DNA of 64,000 nt from the NCBI GenBank assembly GCA_965207375.1, contig CBDBMG010000002.1, forward strand, positions 704,001-768,000, read 5' to 3'. Below the pieces are notes generated by a model, which was given only the letters and a program-made list of their open reading frames with translations, searched no databases and was not told the DNA's origin. Both the position numbers and the translations under genes were made by a program. This document shows positions 12,239-24,901 of the stretch, one piece after another. The stretch's first letter is position 1. Each line of letters begins with the position of its first letter. The stretch comes from Nitrosopumilaceae archaeon (GTDB taxonomy: Archaea > Thermoproteota > Nitrososphaeria > Nitrososphaerales > Nitrosopumilaceae).

Positions 12239-13630
12239 ATGGTAAATTTTTGCGCTGTTCCTGGTTGTAGTAACAGATCTGATCGTGATACGAATGTTAG
12301 TTATCACCGTTTACCAATTAAAAAACCAGCACTTTTGAAACAGTGGATTCACAAGATTGGTCGAGAAAACCTACCAATTCTTGACTCCACCAGGGTGTGC
12401 AGTGAGCACTTCATTAATTCTAAAGGAAGAAAGCTGCGGCCTGATGAGTATCCTACATTAAAACTACCACTGCTTGCCGCACAAGTGTCTGTGCCAACGC
12501 CTCGTAGGGAGCTAGTTCGTCACGATTTGCCAGTAAAGAAGAGGAAATGTGATAGCGAAGTTGAAACTAGCTCAGATATTTTATATTGTGATGCACAAAC
12601 AAACACAGAGCTCACTTGGCTTGAAATAAAAGATATGGAGGAAGAATTGCATGCAACAAAGAAAGAGATAGAAGAGTACAAGGCAGAATGCAGCATTTTG
12701 AAGCAAAAACAACATCTAAGACTGAGCAATATTCAAGAAGATGATGAAAAAGTTAGATTTTATACAGGATTTTCATCTTATGTGGCATTAATGGTATGTT
12801 TTAATTTTTTGGGAAAAGGATCATCAAAGCTTAACTATTGGGGTAGTACCATGTTTGAAGCTAAAACTGATAAGGGTCGCAAAAGAGCACTTCTTCCACT
12901 TGAAGAGTTTTTTCTAGTGTTGGTACGTCTCCGTTTAGGATTACTTGAACAAGATTTGGCATATCGTTTTGGAGTGTCACAGTCAACAGTGTCACGGATT
13001 ATCAACACATGGATCAATTTTATTTATCTACAACTTAAGCAGATTCCATTATGGATTCCACGGGACCTTACACAGCTTAATATGCCACGGTGTTTTAAAG
13101 ACAAATACCCTTTTACTAGGGTAATTATTGATGCAACAGAGGTCTTTGTTGAACAACCAGCACTTCCAGAATTGCAGCAATTAACGTTTTCGACATACAA
13201 GAATACAAATACATACAAAGGATTAATAGGTATTTCTCCAAGTGGTGCAGTTGTATTTGTATCAGACCTATATCCTGGATGTATTTCAGATAAAGAACTC
13301 ACTAGAAAGTGCGGTATTCTAGAGTTGTTGGAGAGTGGAGATACACTCATGGCTGATCGTGGATTTGATATAGAGGGAGATTTAATACTCAGGGGAGTGA
13401 GGCTCAATATTCCGCCCTTTTTAAAAGGTAAACAACAGCTAAGTCAGTCAGAATTAGTTGAAACAAGACGAATCGCCTCACTACGAATACATGTAGAGAG
13501 GGCAATGGAACGCCTTAAAAATTTTCACATATTTGATAAACCCTTACCCCCATCATTCAGAGATACAGCAAATCAGACATTTTATATATGTGCTGTGCTT
13601 ACAAATTTTTATCCTCCATTATGTACATGA
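12239..13630 (+). CDS. ISL2EU transposase (THAP + HTH_Tnp_4 + DDE_Tnp_4)
   Basis: THAP: CAVPGC..HRLP..W..VCSEHF..PT. HTH: QDLAYRFGVSQSTVSRI. Catalytic motifs IIDATE, MADRGF, RIHVER. No stops. Confidence 0.93.
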   Translation: MVNFCAVPGCSNRSDRDTNVSYHRLPIKKPALLKQWIHKIGRENLPILDSTRVCSEHFINSKGRKLRPDEYPTLKLPLLAAQVSVPTPRRELVRHDLPVKKRKCDSEVETSSDILYCDAQTNTELTWLEIKDMEEELHATKKEIEEYKAECSILKQKQHLRLSNIQEDDEKVRFYTGFSSYVALMVCFNFLGKGSSKLNYWGSTMFEAKTDKGRKRALLPLEEFFLVLVRLRLGLLEQDLAYRFGVSQSTVSRIINTWINFIYLQLKQIPLWIPRDLTQLNMPRCFKDKYPFTRVIIDATEVFVEQPALPELQQLTFSTYKNTNTYKGLIGISPSGAVVFVSDLYPGCISDKELTRKCGILELLESGDTLMADRGFDIEGDLILRGVRLNIPPFLKGKQQLSQSELVETRRIASLRIHVERAMERLKNFHIFDKPLPPSFRDTANQTFYICAVLTNFYPPLCT

Positions 13631-13652
13631 ACTATAATTATGTATGCGTTAT

Positions 13653-15562
13653 TCACAAATAGTAACTAGGCTTATTCCGTGGAGTAATAAGTTCCGGTTT
13701 AATGTGGTTGTTCCAATACAATTTCAACTCTGGTATTCTCTGCTGTTGCCACTCCTCATCAGGAAAAACACGTGTAACTTTAAGTCCTTTGCAAGTGAAA
13801 ATGCAAAAATCACACCAGCTGTACATGTCAGATCCTACAAAGAGTTGAAGTTGGACCTGATGATAGTATGCATGACTTGACTTAAGGCAGATTCTAGAAT
13901 CTTGCATCTCACAATAGAATGTTGAATCTTTGCAGGCCTCTTCTGGTTCAACATCCCGTTTGGAATACGGACATTTAATTTCCAAAATTCCATCTGGTTG
14001 GTCAGAATTTAAATCTTTGACTCTCCCATCAGGTGAAGCCCCAAGCCAACAATGTTCAGGATGGATAATAAAGCCACATTTTTCCACTGTGACAGAATTA
14101 GAACTACCAGGTGAGTTTTTTATTGCCAGATATTTTTTAACAGCAGTGGATTCATGCTGACGTCCCCAGGCAATGGGTGCTGGAAGTGGGTCTAACAACG
14201 GTTTAGGATACAGACAATAAACAAGTAGGGAAGCTGTTTTTTTCTTCTGACACAATACCCTACCACAGGTAGACCCAGTTATTCGTTTATAACGTACTTC
14301 ATGCCATAACTTAGAGAAATGTTGGGAACGTGTTTCTTTTTCGATGTCAAAACGGTCCGATTCTGTGACCTTCAAACCAAGTGTTACCAAATCATCATCA
14401 GTAAGCTCTTCATTATCCTCATTTGATGTGCTACCAAAGTCGTCATGCTCTTCAACATTAGTTTGCTCCTCTGGTGTATCCCTGTCATGAAGTCTATCCA
14501 GTACTGGTGGTAATGCATAAGTATGATCATGTGTAATCTTATCTACTGATGGAATCAAAACATCTAAAAAAGCACAGTGCTCATTGAGCTGTAATAAATT
14601 GCAACGCAATTTCTCTATTGCATCTGGACAAAGTTTACGATCTTCAGGTTGGCGAGGATCAAATGTACTTAATATTTTACCACTGGATTGCTTCTGTAAG
14701 ATCTCACATCTTCTAGCATTCAACTCGTGTACCGGTATAATTGGCACCTTTTTCTGCCTGGGTTTGTTCCATGCTTGCAATCTGTCAGTGCATGTTGCAA
14801 ATTCTGGTAATTTACCAAGACGACTAAATTCTTCAAGGGCATAACAAACAGCTGCAATGTGCTTGCAGCTTCCACAAGGCCTCTTGCCTGCAGGACATCC
14901 ACATTCTGCTCCAACAACATCAAATACATTAGCATCCATACATAAAACCACTTTATATATTCTGTCCTTCCTCATTTCCGGTAAACACTTAGCCTGAAGA
15001 TAAATGTGCTTATCATAACCGATCATGATGTCTTGAACGTGTCCACATCGAAACATATTTAAAGCCGAACTATTTATAGCTTTCACATCACTGGAAGGCA
15101 TACCATCTACAGCTGTACGTACCACGAAATAATTAATTATGTTAGCATTCGTGAAAGAAATTTCATTAACATCTGTCCTTGTAAATACTTCCTGAAGTTT
15201 TACCCAGTTCAGATTTTGGGGAACATTCAGTATGTTCAGTGGTTCTGCTCTACCAGAACTACACTGTGCATTCTTATTCTTGTATGGATCAACAACTCTA
15301 TTTGCCCAACCATTTGCTATAAAAGCCTGTACCCTAGATAAGCAAATCACTTGTTAAATACTTTCACACCATACTATTAAGTTAACCTGGCAACTAAATC
15401 AGCTTTCTTCCCTGCTGTAGGAGCCCTACGACATTGAAGCCAGCGTTTCAACTCAGGGATTGTAAGACTAATAGCCTCACGGCCATTTAAAGCAGCACCA
15501 GGTACATCAAACTCGTTCAAAAATTCATCATCGCTACTGCAATTTTCATCTAATTTAGCCAT
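13653..15562 (-). CDS. SAP + SWIM + YqaJ (lambda-exonuclease-like) protein; 2 exons
   Basis: SAP: LTIPELKRWLQCR...GKKADLVAR. 53-bp intron 15386-15334 joins in frame. SWIM: CGCPAG..SCKH. YqaJ motifs W...R..RITGS, GASPDG, LEIKCP, YYHQVQ. Confidence 0.9.
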
Positions 15563-15797
15563 TAATGGCTTGCTTACAGCCAAACAAGTGAAACTACAAC
15601 TTAACAAGTGAAACTACAACTTAACAAGTGAAACTACAACTTAACAACAAAAACTACAAGTTAACATGTCTCATTTATTACGCGATTTAACGCCCATGTC
15701 CTCCGTACCGTAATTTCTAATTATGCGTTTTATATAAATGAATACGTGCCATTATCGTGAGTAGAAAATCTCAGTATCGCCCAACCCTAGTCGTGAC

Positions 15798-18628
15798 TGG
15801 CTGAAGAGTATTGTACTGGACTGGAATCAGTTAAACCAAGTCCGCCAAGCAACAAGTCACTGCCAAGAACTGGTGGAGAGGCATAAAGAATTGTTCAATG
15901 AGGAATTGGATCTGGTGCAGGGAATGAAAGCCAAATTCCACATCCACCCAGATGCTACTCCTAAATTTTGTAAGGCAAGGCCAGTGCCTTATGCATTGAA
16001 AGCCAAGGTTGAAGCAGAATTAAACCGCCTAGAGAAAAATGGTGTTATAAGACATGTTGAGTTTGCACAATGGGCAGCTCCTATGGTTCCTATTGTTAAA
16101 GTAGATGGATCCATCATGATTTGTGGGGATTACAAGTTAACGGTGAACCGAGCAGCCAAAACGGACTCATACCCCCTCCCCCGTATTGAGGATCTGTTTG
16201 CATCTCTCTCTGGAGGACAGTTATTTTCTAAATTAGATTTGGCTCATGCTTATCAGCAGATTCCATTAGACGAGAAGTCTCAACTGTTTACCACAATCAA
16301 TACACACAAGGGTCTATATTGTTATAATCGACTCCCATTTGGTGTGGCTTCAGCCCCGGCAATTTTTCAAAGAGCCATAGAAACCATTCTCCAAGGTATA
16401 CCTCATGTTTGTGTATACTTGGATGATATACTGATCACTGGAGAAAACGATGATGAACATTTGCAGACATTAGAAACAGTCCTTTCGCTTCTGGAGAAGG
16501 CAGGCATTCGGCTCAAACACAAAAAGTGCTCCTTCATGTTAACTGCAATTGAGTACTTGGGTCATAAAATTTCAGCCCAAGGATTACAGCCAACCAGTGA
16601 AAAAGTGCAGGCTATCCATGAAGCTCCAGCACCTAAGGATGTCACACAACTCAAGTCATTCTTAGGATTGTTGAACTACTACTGTAAGTTCCTCCCTAAC
16701 TTATCTACCACTCTGGCTCCCCTCTACGGGTTGCTCCAGCAGCAGATAAAATGACAATGGGGACCAAACCAACAGAAGGCATTCACTAAGGCTAAAGAAT
16801 CACTGACCTCAGACTGTTTGTTAGTACATTACGATCCAAACAAAGAGTTAGTACTAGCATGTGATGCGTCACCATATGGTATTGGAGCAGTGCTTTCCCA
16901 CAAAATGGAAGATGACTATGAAAAACCAATTGCTTTTGCCTCCAATAGCCTAATGATTAACTTTTCCTATGCACAATTTAAAGTATGATGCAAAATAAAC
17001 TCAATATGTCACAATAGTTACATGCAGATATAACACTGGTAGAACATTGGCCCCAGCTGAAAAGCACTACTCACAGTTAGACAAAGAAAGTTTAGCTATT
17101 GATGGTGTCAAGAGATTCCACCAATATTTGTGTGGTAGACATTTCACTATTTTATCTGATCACAAGCCACTTCAGTATTTATTTAAGGAATCCAACCCTA
17201 TGCCAGCCATGGCATCAGCAAGAATTCAACGATGGGCATTAACATTAGCAGCTTATGACTACAAGATCGTATACAAACCTGGATCTAAGCATGCAAATGC
17301 TGACATGCTGAGTAGGTTGCCATTACCTCAAACACCATCAGAGATTCCCATCCCTGGTGAAACACTTTTGGTAATAGACATGCTTCAATCAGTTCCAGTT
17401 TCGGCACAACAGATTCAGAAATGGACGGACCGGGATCCAGTGTTGTCAGCAGTACGTTCATTTGTGTTGAAAGGTTGGCCCTCTAAAGTGGACTGACCTC
17501 AAGCCGGAAGATGTTAAGCCATTTATGAATCGACAGGCAGAACTTAGCATTCACGATGGATGTCTAATGTGGGGTAATCGTGTTGTAGTGCCATCCTCAG
17601 GCAGACAGAAATTGATCGAGCAGTTACATGAATGTCATCCTGGAATGTCCAGAATGAAGAACCTGGCACGAAGTTACGTTTGGTGGCCAGGAATTGATCA
17701 AGCTATTGGAGACGCTGTTAAAACTTGTACTCCATGTCAGCAGACACGTCACTTGCCATCACCTGCACCACTACAACAATGGGAATGGCCTTCCCGCCCA
17801 TGGGCTCGTTGGATGCTCACTCTAAGTGGATGGAGGTGAAAATAATGAAAACAGCAACTTCGACAACTACAATTGAACACCTTCGAAACATTTTTGCAAC
17901 ACATGGCTTGCCAGAAATGTTAGTAACTGATAATACTGCATATTTTACAAGTCAGGAATTTCAGGATTTTACTAAGTTGAATGGAATCCGTCACGTTACC
18001 TCAGCTCCTTATCATCCAGCATCTAATGGGTTGGCTGAAAGAGCAGTCCAGACTGTCAAAGAGTTTTTAAAGAAACCAGCTGAGGAGAAATTCTTTACAG
18101 ACCAGACTTTCACGTTTTCTGTTATAATATCACATAACACCACATACGACGACGGGTACCTCACCTGCAGAGCTTTTACTTGGACGACCACCACGTACAC
18201 AGCTAGATTTGGCTGTACCAGATTTGAACAACAAGGTCTACCGAAAACAGCAACATCAAAAAGACCACCATGATAAATGCAGAAGAGAAAGACATTTTCA
18301 AGTAGGAGATGCTGTGTATGCCCGCAAATTTCCATCAAATGATGCTTGGATCCCTGGAACAATCATCAAGGCCAGAGGACCTTTGTCATATATGATAGAA
18401 TTGGAAACTGGACAAATTGTGCGCAGACATGTAGACCATTTGCAGTCCCGCACTAAAAACTCTACACTAAGTCCAACTTCCGACTGGACAGATCTACCTG
18501 ACATTAGTTTGGATTCGCATGATGACTCCAACCAAGAAGTTACACAACTCGAGCAACTTCCATTGCGTCGTTCGACTCGTGTCTCCATACCACCTCAACG
18601 TTATTCACCCGAGGACTTCCAATCCTAA
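15798..18628 (+). pseudogene. Gypsy pol (RT, RNase H, integrase), disrupted
   Basis: RT: RLPFGV, YLDD. RNase H: CDASPYG, DHKPL, ADMLSR. Integrase: HECHPG..C..CQ, VTDN, SNGLAER. Stops at 16754 and 17496, a deletion at ~17810 and a 97-bp insert at 16944-17040. Confidence 0.93.
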
Positions 18629-18639
18629 AGAGGGAGGAA

Positions 18640-18967
18640 TGTAATAATCTATGAACATTTACTTATTTGGACATTTAAGAATACCTGTTTAGATCACTAT
18701 TTGTGTTAGATTGCACATCCTGTAATAGGGTTTCTATCGTATACCTAGGTATGAGTTAGCTTTTGTAATTACTTACACCTCATGCTACTATGACCTTTTA
18801 TATCATTGTTGTATTGTATTTGTATGTTGGCTCGCCCTTTCAGTATCCTGTTTTGTACCTATAAATACACTGTTGTTTGTACCTCTTTCAAACATATTTA
18901 TGAGCACTGAATAATCAGCTAGTCTCAAGTGGCTCTCTTTAATAACTAGTTCTGTACGGTTATTACA
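18640..18967 (+). repeat. 3' LTR (328 bp)
   Basis: TG...CA boundaries, preceded by the PPT; its last 40 bp match 10107-10146. Confidence 0.9.
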
Positions 18968-19170
18968 ATGATGTTCCTCCGTACTTGGAAAAATGAATCA
19001 AATTTCTCTAACACACGTGCATACTCTGCTCGATCTTCTATCGTTGCATTTGTTGACGTCAGACTGCTTCGGCTTCTTCCCCTAGACAGTAGAGGAGGGT
19101 GCTAATTTGTTTGGAAGCTGAGGCTTTGCTAAGGCCTGAAACGACTCTGAACTGCTGAAATCGGGACTGG
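18968..19170 (-). pseudogene. gag fragment of another Gypsy element, interrupted by the LTR element
   Basis: Reverse strand reads FQQFRVVSGL..KQISTLLYCLGEEAEAV.TSTN..EKFDSFFQVRRNII and stops exactly at the LTR end. Confidence 0.8.
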
Positions 19171-19316
19171 TTGTTAGGCACACATTTCCACAGCAACCAT
19201 TGCTATGGAAACCGTTTCTAAGGTAATTTGCATTTTGGCCCATAGCAAGCAGTCCCTAGCAACTGTTACTATGACAAATCACCTCGGAAACAATTTCCAT
19301 AGTTGAATTCTAAATC

Positions 19317-19436
19317 AGTTAGACACCTTGACCAATGTCAACTAAGTGATTTAGAAATCCTCAGGCCCTTAGTAGCGCCCTCACGAGGCCCTTGGGTTTC
19401 TAAATCACTTAGTTCCCTTGGTCTCGGTGTCTAACT
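19317..19436. repeat. ~120-bp imperfect palindrome
   Basis: AGTTAGACACC...AACTAAGTGATTTAGAAA / TTTCTAAATCACTTAGTT...GGTGTCTAACT. Confidence 0.8.
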
Positions 19437-19779
19437 ATTATTTAGTGTCTATAATAATGAAGTAAACATGTTGTTTGTACCACAAGAGGGTACAGATAAA
19501 ACCATGCTAATAGCATTGTGGGGCGAGCCTGATCGCAAAGTGGATAAGATTTGCTACATGTGCATATAGATGATACGTAGTGACCACCGAATAAGTGATG
19601 ATATTGCTATGTAGATGTAAAAATGTGACCAACTATGTATGTTTATTGCTTGGATTAATGTACACATAAGAGGCAATTTTTGGTGACCCTGTCATATACG
19701 TATAGCTATAATTAATATTTTTGTCGATTAGCAACATTTTTCAGTACATAATTTACTTCCCTTGTTGTCTTGACAATAT

Positions 19780-20080
19780 CAAAGTATTTTCTTGACACAA
19801 TAACCGATTATGACATGAAATGGTGGACTTCGGTACTTACTATCAATGGGAAGCAGATACCATTTAAACTGGACACAGGTACAGAAGTAACTGTCATCAC
19901 AAAGAAGACCTGGGAGGAGCTAGGTGAGCCAGCACTAAAATTATCAGATAAATTAACACCTGTTTGGCCCAGCCCAGCAACAATTAGCAGTCAAAAGATA
20001 TTTCACCTGCCACCTGTCCCACAAAGAGAGAGAAGCCCAACAGCAAATTTTTGTGGTAGAAAATCTCAAAAACAACTTAC
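19780..20080 (+). pseudogene. Gypsy aspartic protease remnant
   Basis: INGKQIPFKLDTGTEVTVIT motif; frameshifted downstream. Confidence 0.7.
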
Positions 20081-20118
20081 TCAGCAGGTGTCTAAGTTGT
20101 CACTTATTTATGTACCTA

Positions 20119-20819
20119 CTATGTACAGGACAAAAGTTTGGCGGGAGAAAAGTTTGGCGAATTTGGCGAAACCACACATTTCGCCAAACTTTTTTCGCCT
20201 AATTTTTGAATTAGCACGTGATATTCGCAAAAACGTGATTGTGGTATAAACGTGTTACCCACGTTGTAAAACGTCGAGAAAACGTGCATGCATGTGTCTC
20301 AAAGTGTATGCTGTACTACTGAGGGAGTGAAGCATGTCTGGAATACTGAAGCACTTTCGACAGTCAAGAAATCTCGTGAGCAGCTACCAGATCCACACAG
20401 GCCGCTGAATACTGATGGAAAAGTGCCGTCTTCAGTCCTAACGCAAGCATCCGAAAAGTCTGACGCTGCTAATAGCAGTTCTGGCTCGAGACGAGGACAT
20501 TATTTACATTTAACGGCCAGCGAGTCTTTCGGATTTCCAGCTTCTCGAGTTCTTCTCCCGAAATGGTTGAATTCTCCTAGTCTCGCGTGGAATTCTCCCA
20601 AATATCTTTGTATATGTGGTATCCACGAATCATCGAGTTCACGGTGAAAGTATAATAGCTACAGCACGTTTCCTGCCATTATAACTCCGTCATGTTACAC
20701 AGCTAAATTGTATGGCTTCTTATATTGGCTGCTGATAATTTGCCAAATTATTTTCGCCAACTTGATAATTGCAACTGTTTCGCCAAACTTTTCTCCCGCC
20801 AAACTTTTGTCCTATACGG
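20119..20819. mobile_element. Tc1/mariner-pogo-type non-autonomous element
   Basis: TIR AGGACAAAAGTTTGGCGGGAGAAAAGTTTGGCGAA; right end ...TATACGG|TA; internal TTTGGCG repeats; internal LPDPH.PL..VPSS remnant. Confidence 0.75.
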
Positions 20820-21037
20820 TATCAGGTAGCTAAGTTATTTAGAAACCCCACAAATGGGCCTAATTGAATTCTAATAGGAAGTTAAACAAAAGCAAACTAA
20901 CACATATGTTTGGTCACAGGCTGCAATGACTTTATGATAAGGATATAGTAAGCAAAATTATCCATCAATAGCAGCTAATAATAATGTTCATAAAATATAT
21001 AGTAAGTGTGCCTCTACATCAATTTGAATCTTTAGAA

Positions 21038-21325
21038 TAGGCCTCAGCGATAGTGAAAATAAAGCTATCACGATAGTAAGACACTGACTATTCACGATTA
21101 TGAATAGTTATATAGCCAGTATTTCAGTTCATAAATATTATGACTAAAGGAAAAGGAACAAAGTACTATCAATGTCAGATTACCCTTATGTTTTGATTTC
21201 CTGGCACATTTCAGCATTTTCTATAAAATTTTGTATTCGAATAGTCAGGTAGTCCATTATGTTATTCATGAATAGTCTCAAACTATCACGATAGTGAATA
21301 CTATTCAGATAATCGCTCAGGTCTA
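21038..21325. mobile_element. hAT-type MITE
   Basis: TAGGCCTCAGCGAT / ATCGCTCAGGTCTA ends; 8-bp TSD CTTTAGAA; internal CTATCACGATAG repeats. Confidence 0.85.
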
Positions 21326-21961
21326 CTTTAGAAATACAGCTACGTAGACATTAGTTGAAGATAGTATGAAAGATCAGTGACCAGTTTGAGTAGCCGTAAA
21401 GAGGTTCAAATTACCAATAAAATCACTTTCATGGAGTCATACACCGAACTAATCGACATTGCAGATATTACATGACAATATAATTATAATATATCCCCTT
21501 ATACTTCTGCATATACACCCTCCAATGCATGATGGTAAAGTTGACATAAAACTAATAAATAAGTTGATAGATAGCTACATAAGACATTTACTATAGAGCC
21601 ACGTGATCTTCACTTTTCCGGATACCTAGCACAACAATTTGTATGGGCAATTTCTTTTCCTCTGGGAGCCATTCTCCGTTTATATAGATACAATTCCTTC
21701 TCCTGTGCAGTCTCTCTTCTTTATTCATCTCGTAATCAACAACACATGCTCACATACGTGCATGTAACGCCACTCTCCAGTTACGGAATGTTAGTGCGCT
21801 GGTATATCTTTGTGTGATGAACCACCCTACCAACCATATATGGAGCATCAGTTATCTGTGCCATTTATATTTTGTGACATGAATCACCTTACCAACCATA
21901 TATGGAGAGTTCAGTAAAACTATAAAAACGTGTGAGATTATTTACGTGCACAAAAAGAAAG

Positions 21962-22663
<702 letters not shown>

Positions 22664-22946
22664 TCATATCATATCACCATCATAAATTATATCAGGATAT
22701 ATATTGTAATGGTAGTAATTAACTATATAATCATAGTGGTTGTAATTGTATGGTTCTGTGGTTTTGTATCCATTATCATTGTTAGTCTATTTTTAGTCTA
22801 TTGTTGTACCTCTTTGTTATATGTATATTGTAAGCCATTGTATCAGTATTGTATTATTGTGCATATATTAAGAGTGTTGTTACAATACATATACATTTAT
22901 TCATATTCTGTATATTACACATCACTAGACATGATTATACAGTACC

Positions 22947-23396
22947 TAGTCTCACGTGGCCAAATTTCTAATCACTATATGTGATACTCAGAAAACAGTT
23001 TGGCGCATGGCATTACATGTTTTTATGTTCTGGCCTCCCATAGAATTCACAAAACACGTAAAGGGTTAATACATCAACAGGCAGTTACATAGACTCAGTG
23101 AATCCGTTACATAACACGTGGTTGAAATGAAAAGCTATTTCGTACGTGAAAGTGCCTGAAGTGATGTGATGGATAAGCAAGTAATCACCTCAGGTTCTAT
23201 TTCTTGAAACAATCTTCTGAGTCATTTTACATGCAAATAATGTAACCCAAACATTATTATGTGTGCAAGCATGTTAACACCTTTATGTGTTTCATTAATT
23301 TCAGTCCCAAGAATTCCATTGACGCCAGAATAAACACACGTAAAGCCGTTTTCGAGACCTTATTCTGAGGGATAACGGCCTGGCTACGCGGAACTA
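22947..23396. mobile_element. Degenerate palindromic MITE
   Basis: TAGTCTCACGTGGCCA / TGGCTACGCGGAACTA ends with diverged internal inverted arms; a piece recurs inverted at ~31965-32055. Confidence 0.55.
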
Positions 23397-23397
23397 T

Positions 23398-24004
23398 ATA
23401 ATACCACCATCCCTCGACCATTATATATCACGAAAAGTTTAATCTAACACTTCACACTCACCTTGTTCTGTAAAGGCTTACCTTTCTGTCGCTACTATCA
23501 TAGAGTATCTATGACAAAACAAATTAATCTATATTTAAACTATAAGAACAAACCTCAAACCTGTTCTCCTTGTCCTGGAAACCGGAAAAACATTTTCAGA
23601 TCCACTGTAACAGCTAACAACCTGCGCAAAAATGGCACGTCTACTGACTACAGCTCGGACTACGGACTGCAACTCAACGTTAGTCTCGCCGTGGGCATAC
23701 CGCTTTTTTCCGTTTATTTGTGGTGGCGGGATCTGGCCACGTGAGACTCCGTGCCATTTTGCGCAGTTGTTGGGTGTTACAATGGATCTGAAAGTGTGCT
23801 TTTCAGGTTTCCAGGACAAGGAGAACAGGTTTGTTCGTAGATTATATTTATTTGTTAGATTTTTGTTTTTATAGAAGCATAGATACCGAGATAGATACTT
23901 AATCATACTCTATGATAGTAGCGATAGAAGGTAAGCCTTTACAGAGCAAGGTGAGTAGATTAAACTTTTCGTGATACATTATGGTCGAGCGATGGTGATA
24001 TTAT
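23398..24004. mobile_element. Foldback element with ~240-bp arms
   Basis: 23398-23640 is the imperfect reverse complement of 23750-24004 (e.g. AAACCTGTTCTCCTTGTCCTGGAAACC / GGTTTCCAGGACAAGGAGAACAGGTTT). Confidence 0.85.
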
Positions 24005-24079
24005 CTTAGAAAATGGTATTTTAGCATTGCTTTGAAGTGCAAGGTGTCTTATTTACAAAGACAAGTCTCTTATTTACTA

Positions 24080-24558
24080 CGAGGGGTCAGTAACGAAACA
24101 AAATCGTCAACGAAATTTGAGTTTAAATTTCTATGAATTTCAAAGTTCAAGCTAAAATTTCCCTGACAAATTTCAAACTCAAAAATTTAATAATTGAAGC
24201 ACTCGTTGAATCAACTCCCGGATATCCTGCAGTTTGATTATTCTGAAGGTTAGCCATTAGTTTATAGTCTATATGTGTAGGTTTTCTGTTTCTTAAAGTA
24301 GCCTGGTCATAGAATTTACTAGTTTTTCTTTACTTATGCCATTTCCTTGGCCATTTCAGCCGGTGTAGGTTGTGTGGCGAGCTGTGTGGCTTTAGCTAGT
24401 TTGTTTCTCTTGTCAATGATTCTACAAGGTTTCCGAAGGACACCTGGAGCTAGATTCGGCCGAGTGAAAGTTAGACTGAGTATCAAATTTCGAATTCAAA
24501 TTTCAGAACTAAATTTCTGCTGGCGTCAACGAAATTTCACCACATTACTGACCCCTCA
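24080..24558. mobile_element. MITE with 8-bp TSD
   Basis: TIR GAGGGGTCAGTAA / TTACTGACCCCTC; TSD ATTTACTA (24072-24079, 24559-24566); GAAATTT repeats. Confidence 0.85.
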
Positions 24559-24901
24559 ATTTACTAAGACACTTGTTGACACTGGCTGACCACACAGGGT
24601 ATTAGCATAATTAGTGCTGCCTATGCACAATCTATGCAGTCAATTATCAAAGCATTTTTACAACACTTTGAAATTAAATTGTCTTATTAATCGCTACTAA
24701 AGGTAGTTCTTGGCCATCCACTTCAGCCATTAACAATATTTGAGCCATTAGTGATTTGCGAGCCATTAGTAGTGATTTGTGTGATATGCGATAATCCGAC
24801 CGTACACTGCGATAGCTTAGCTACTGTGGATTAACACCTCTCAGACAGGCTGCTAGATTAATCATCAGGTCATTACGTTCTACAAATTCTATCTAAACAA
24901 T

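Larger units (their letters stand above)
12078..15750. mobile_element. ISL2EU (IS4EU)-type DNA transposon, apparently intact
   Basis: ~155-175 bp TIRs starting GGCACGTATTCATTT; AT target duplication; two convergent uninterrupted genes. Confidence 0.93.
11294..15789. mobile_element. Non-autonomous hAT-type element (~0.82 kb without the nested ISL2EU)
   Basis: TIR TAGGGTTGGGCGATA / TATCGCCCAACCCTA; 8-bp TSD GTCGTGAC (11286-11293, 15790-15797) splitting the Gypsy LLGRD|W codons. Confidence 0.95.
10107..18967 (+). mobile_element. Ty3/Gypsy LTR retrotransposon, decayed, with nested insertions
   Basis: Last 40 bp of the 5' LTR (10107-10146) match the end of the 3' LTR; PBS TGGCAACGAGG at 10148 (tRNA-Ser-type); order gag-PR-RT-RH-IN; PPT AGAGGGAGGAA before 18640. 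Confidence 0.95.

Noticed and set aside
12520-14935. Short antisense or overlapping ORFs on transposase genes (also 5138, 6262, 27841, 45454, 60687, 61848, 62607)
   Set aside because: They are shadow frames of real coding sequence and show no motifs of their own.
13653-15350. YqaJ exonuclease as a phage or viral gene or bacterial contamination
   Set aside because: It has a spliceosomal intron and SAP/SWIM domains and lies within ISL2EU TIRs.
15585-15665. 20-bp direct repeats as a CRISPR array or iterons
   Set aside because: They are spacerless tandem units inside the ISL2EU TIR and are mirrored at 12170-12225.
16944-17040. Intron in Gypsy pol
   Set aside because: There are no GT-AG boundaries on either strand at the insertion edges.
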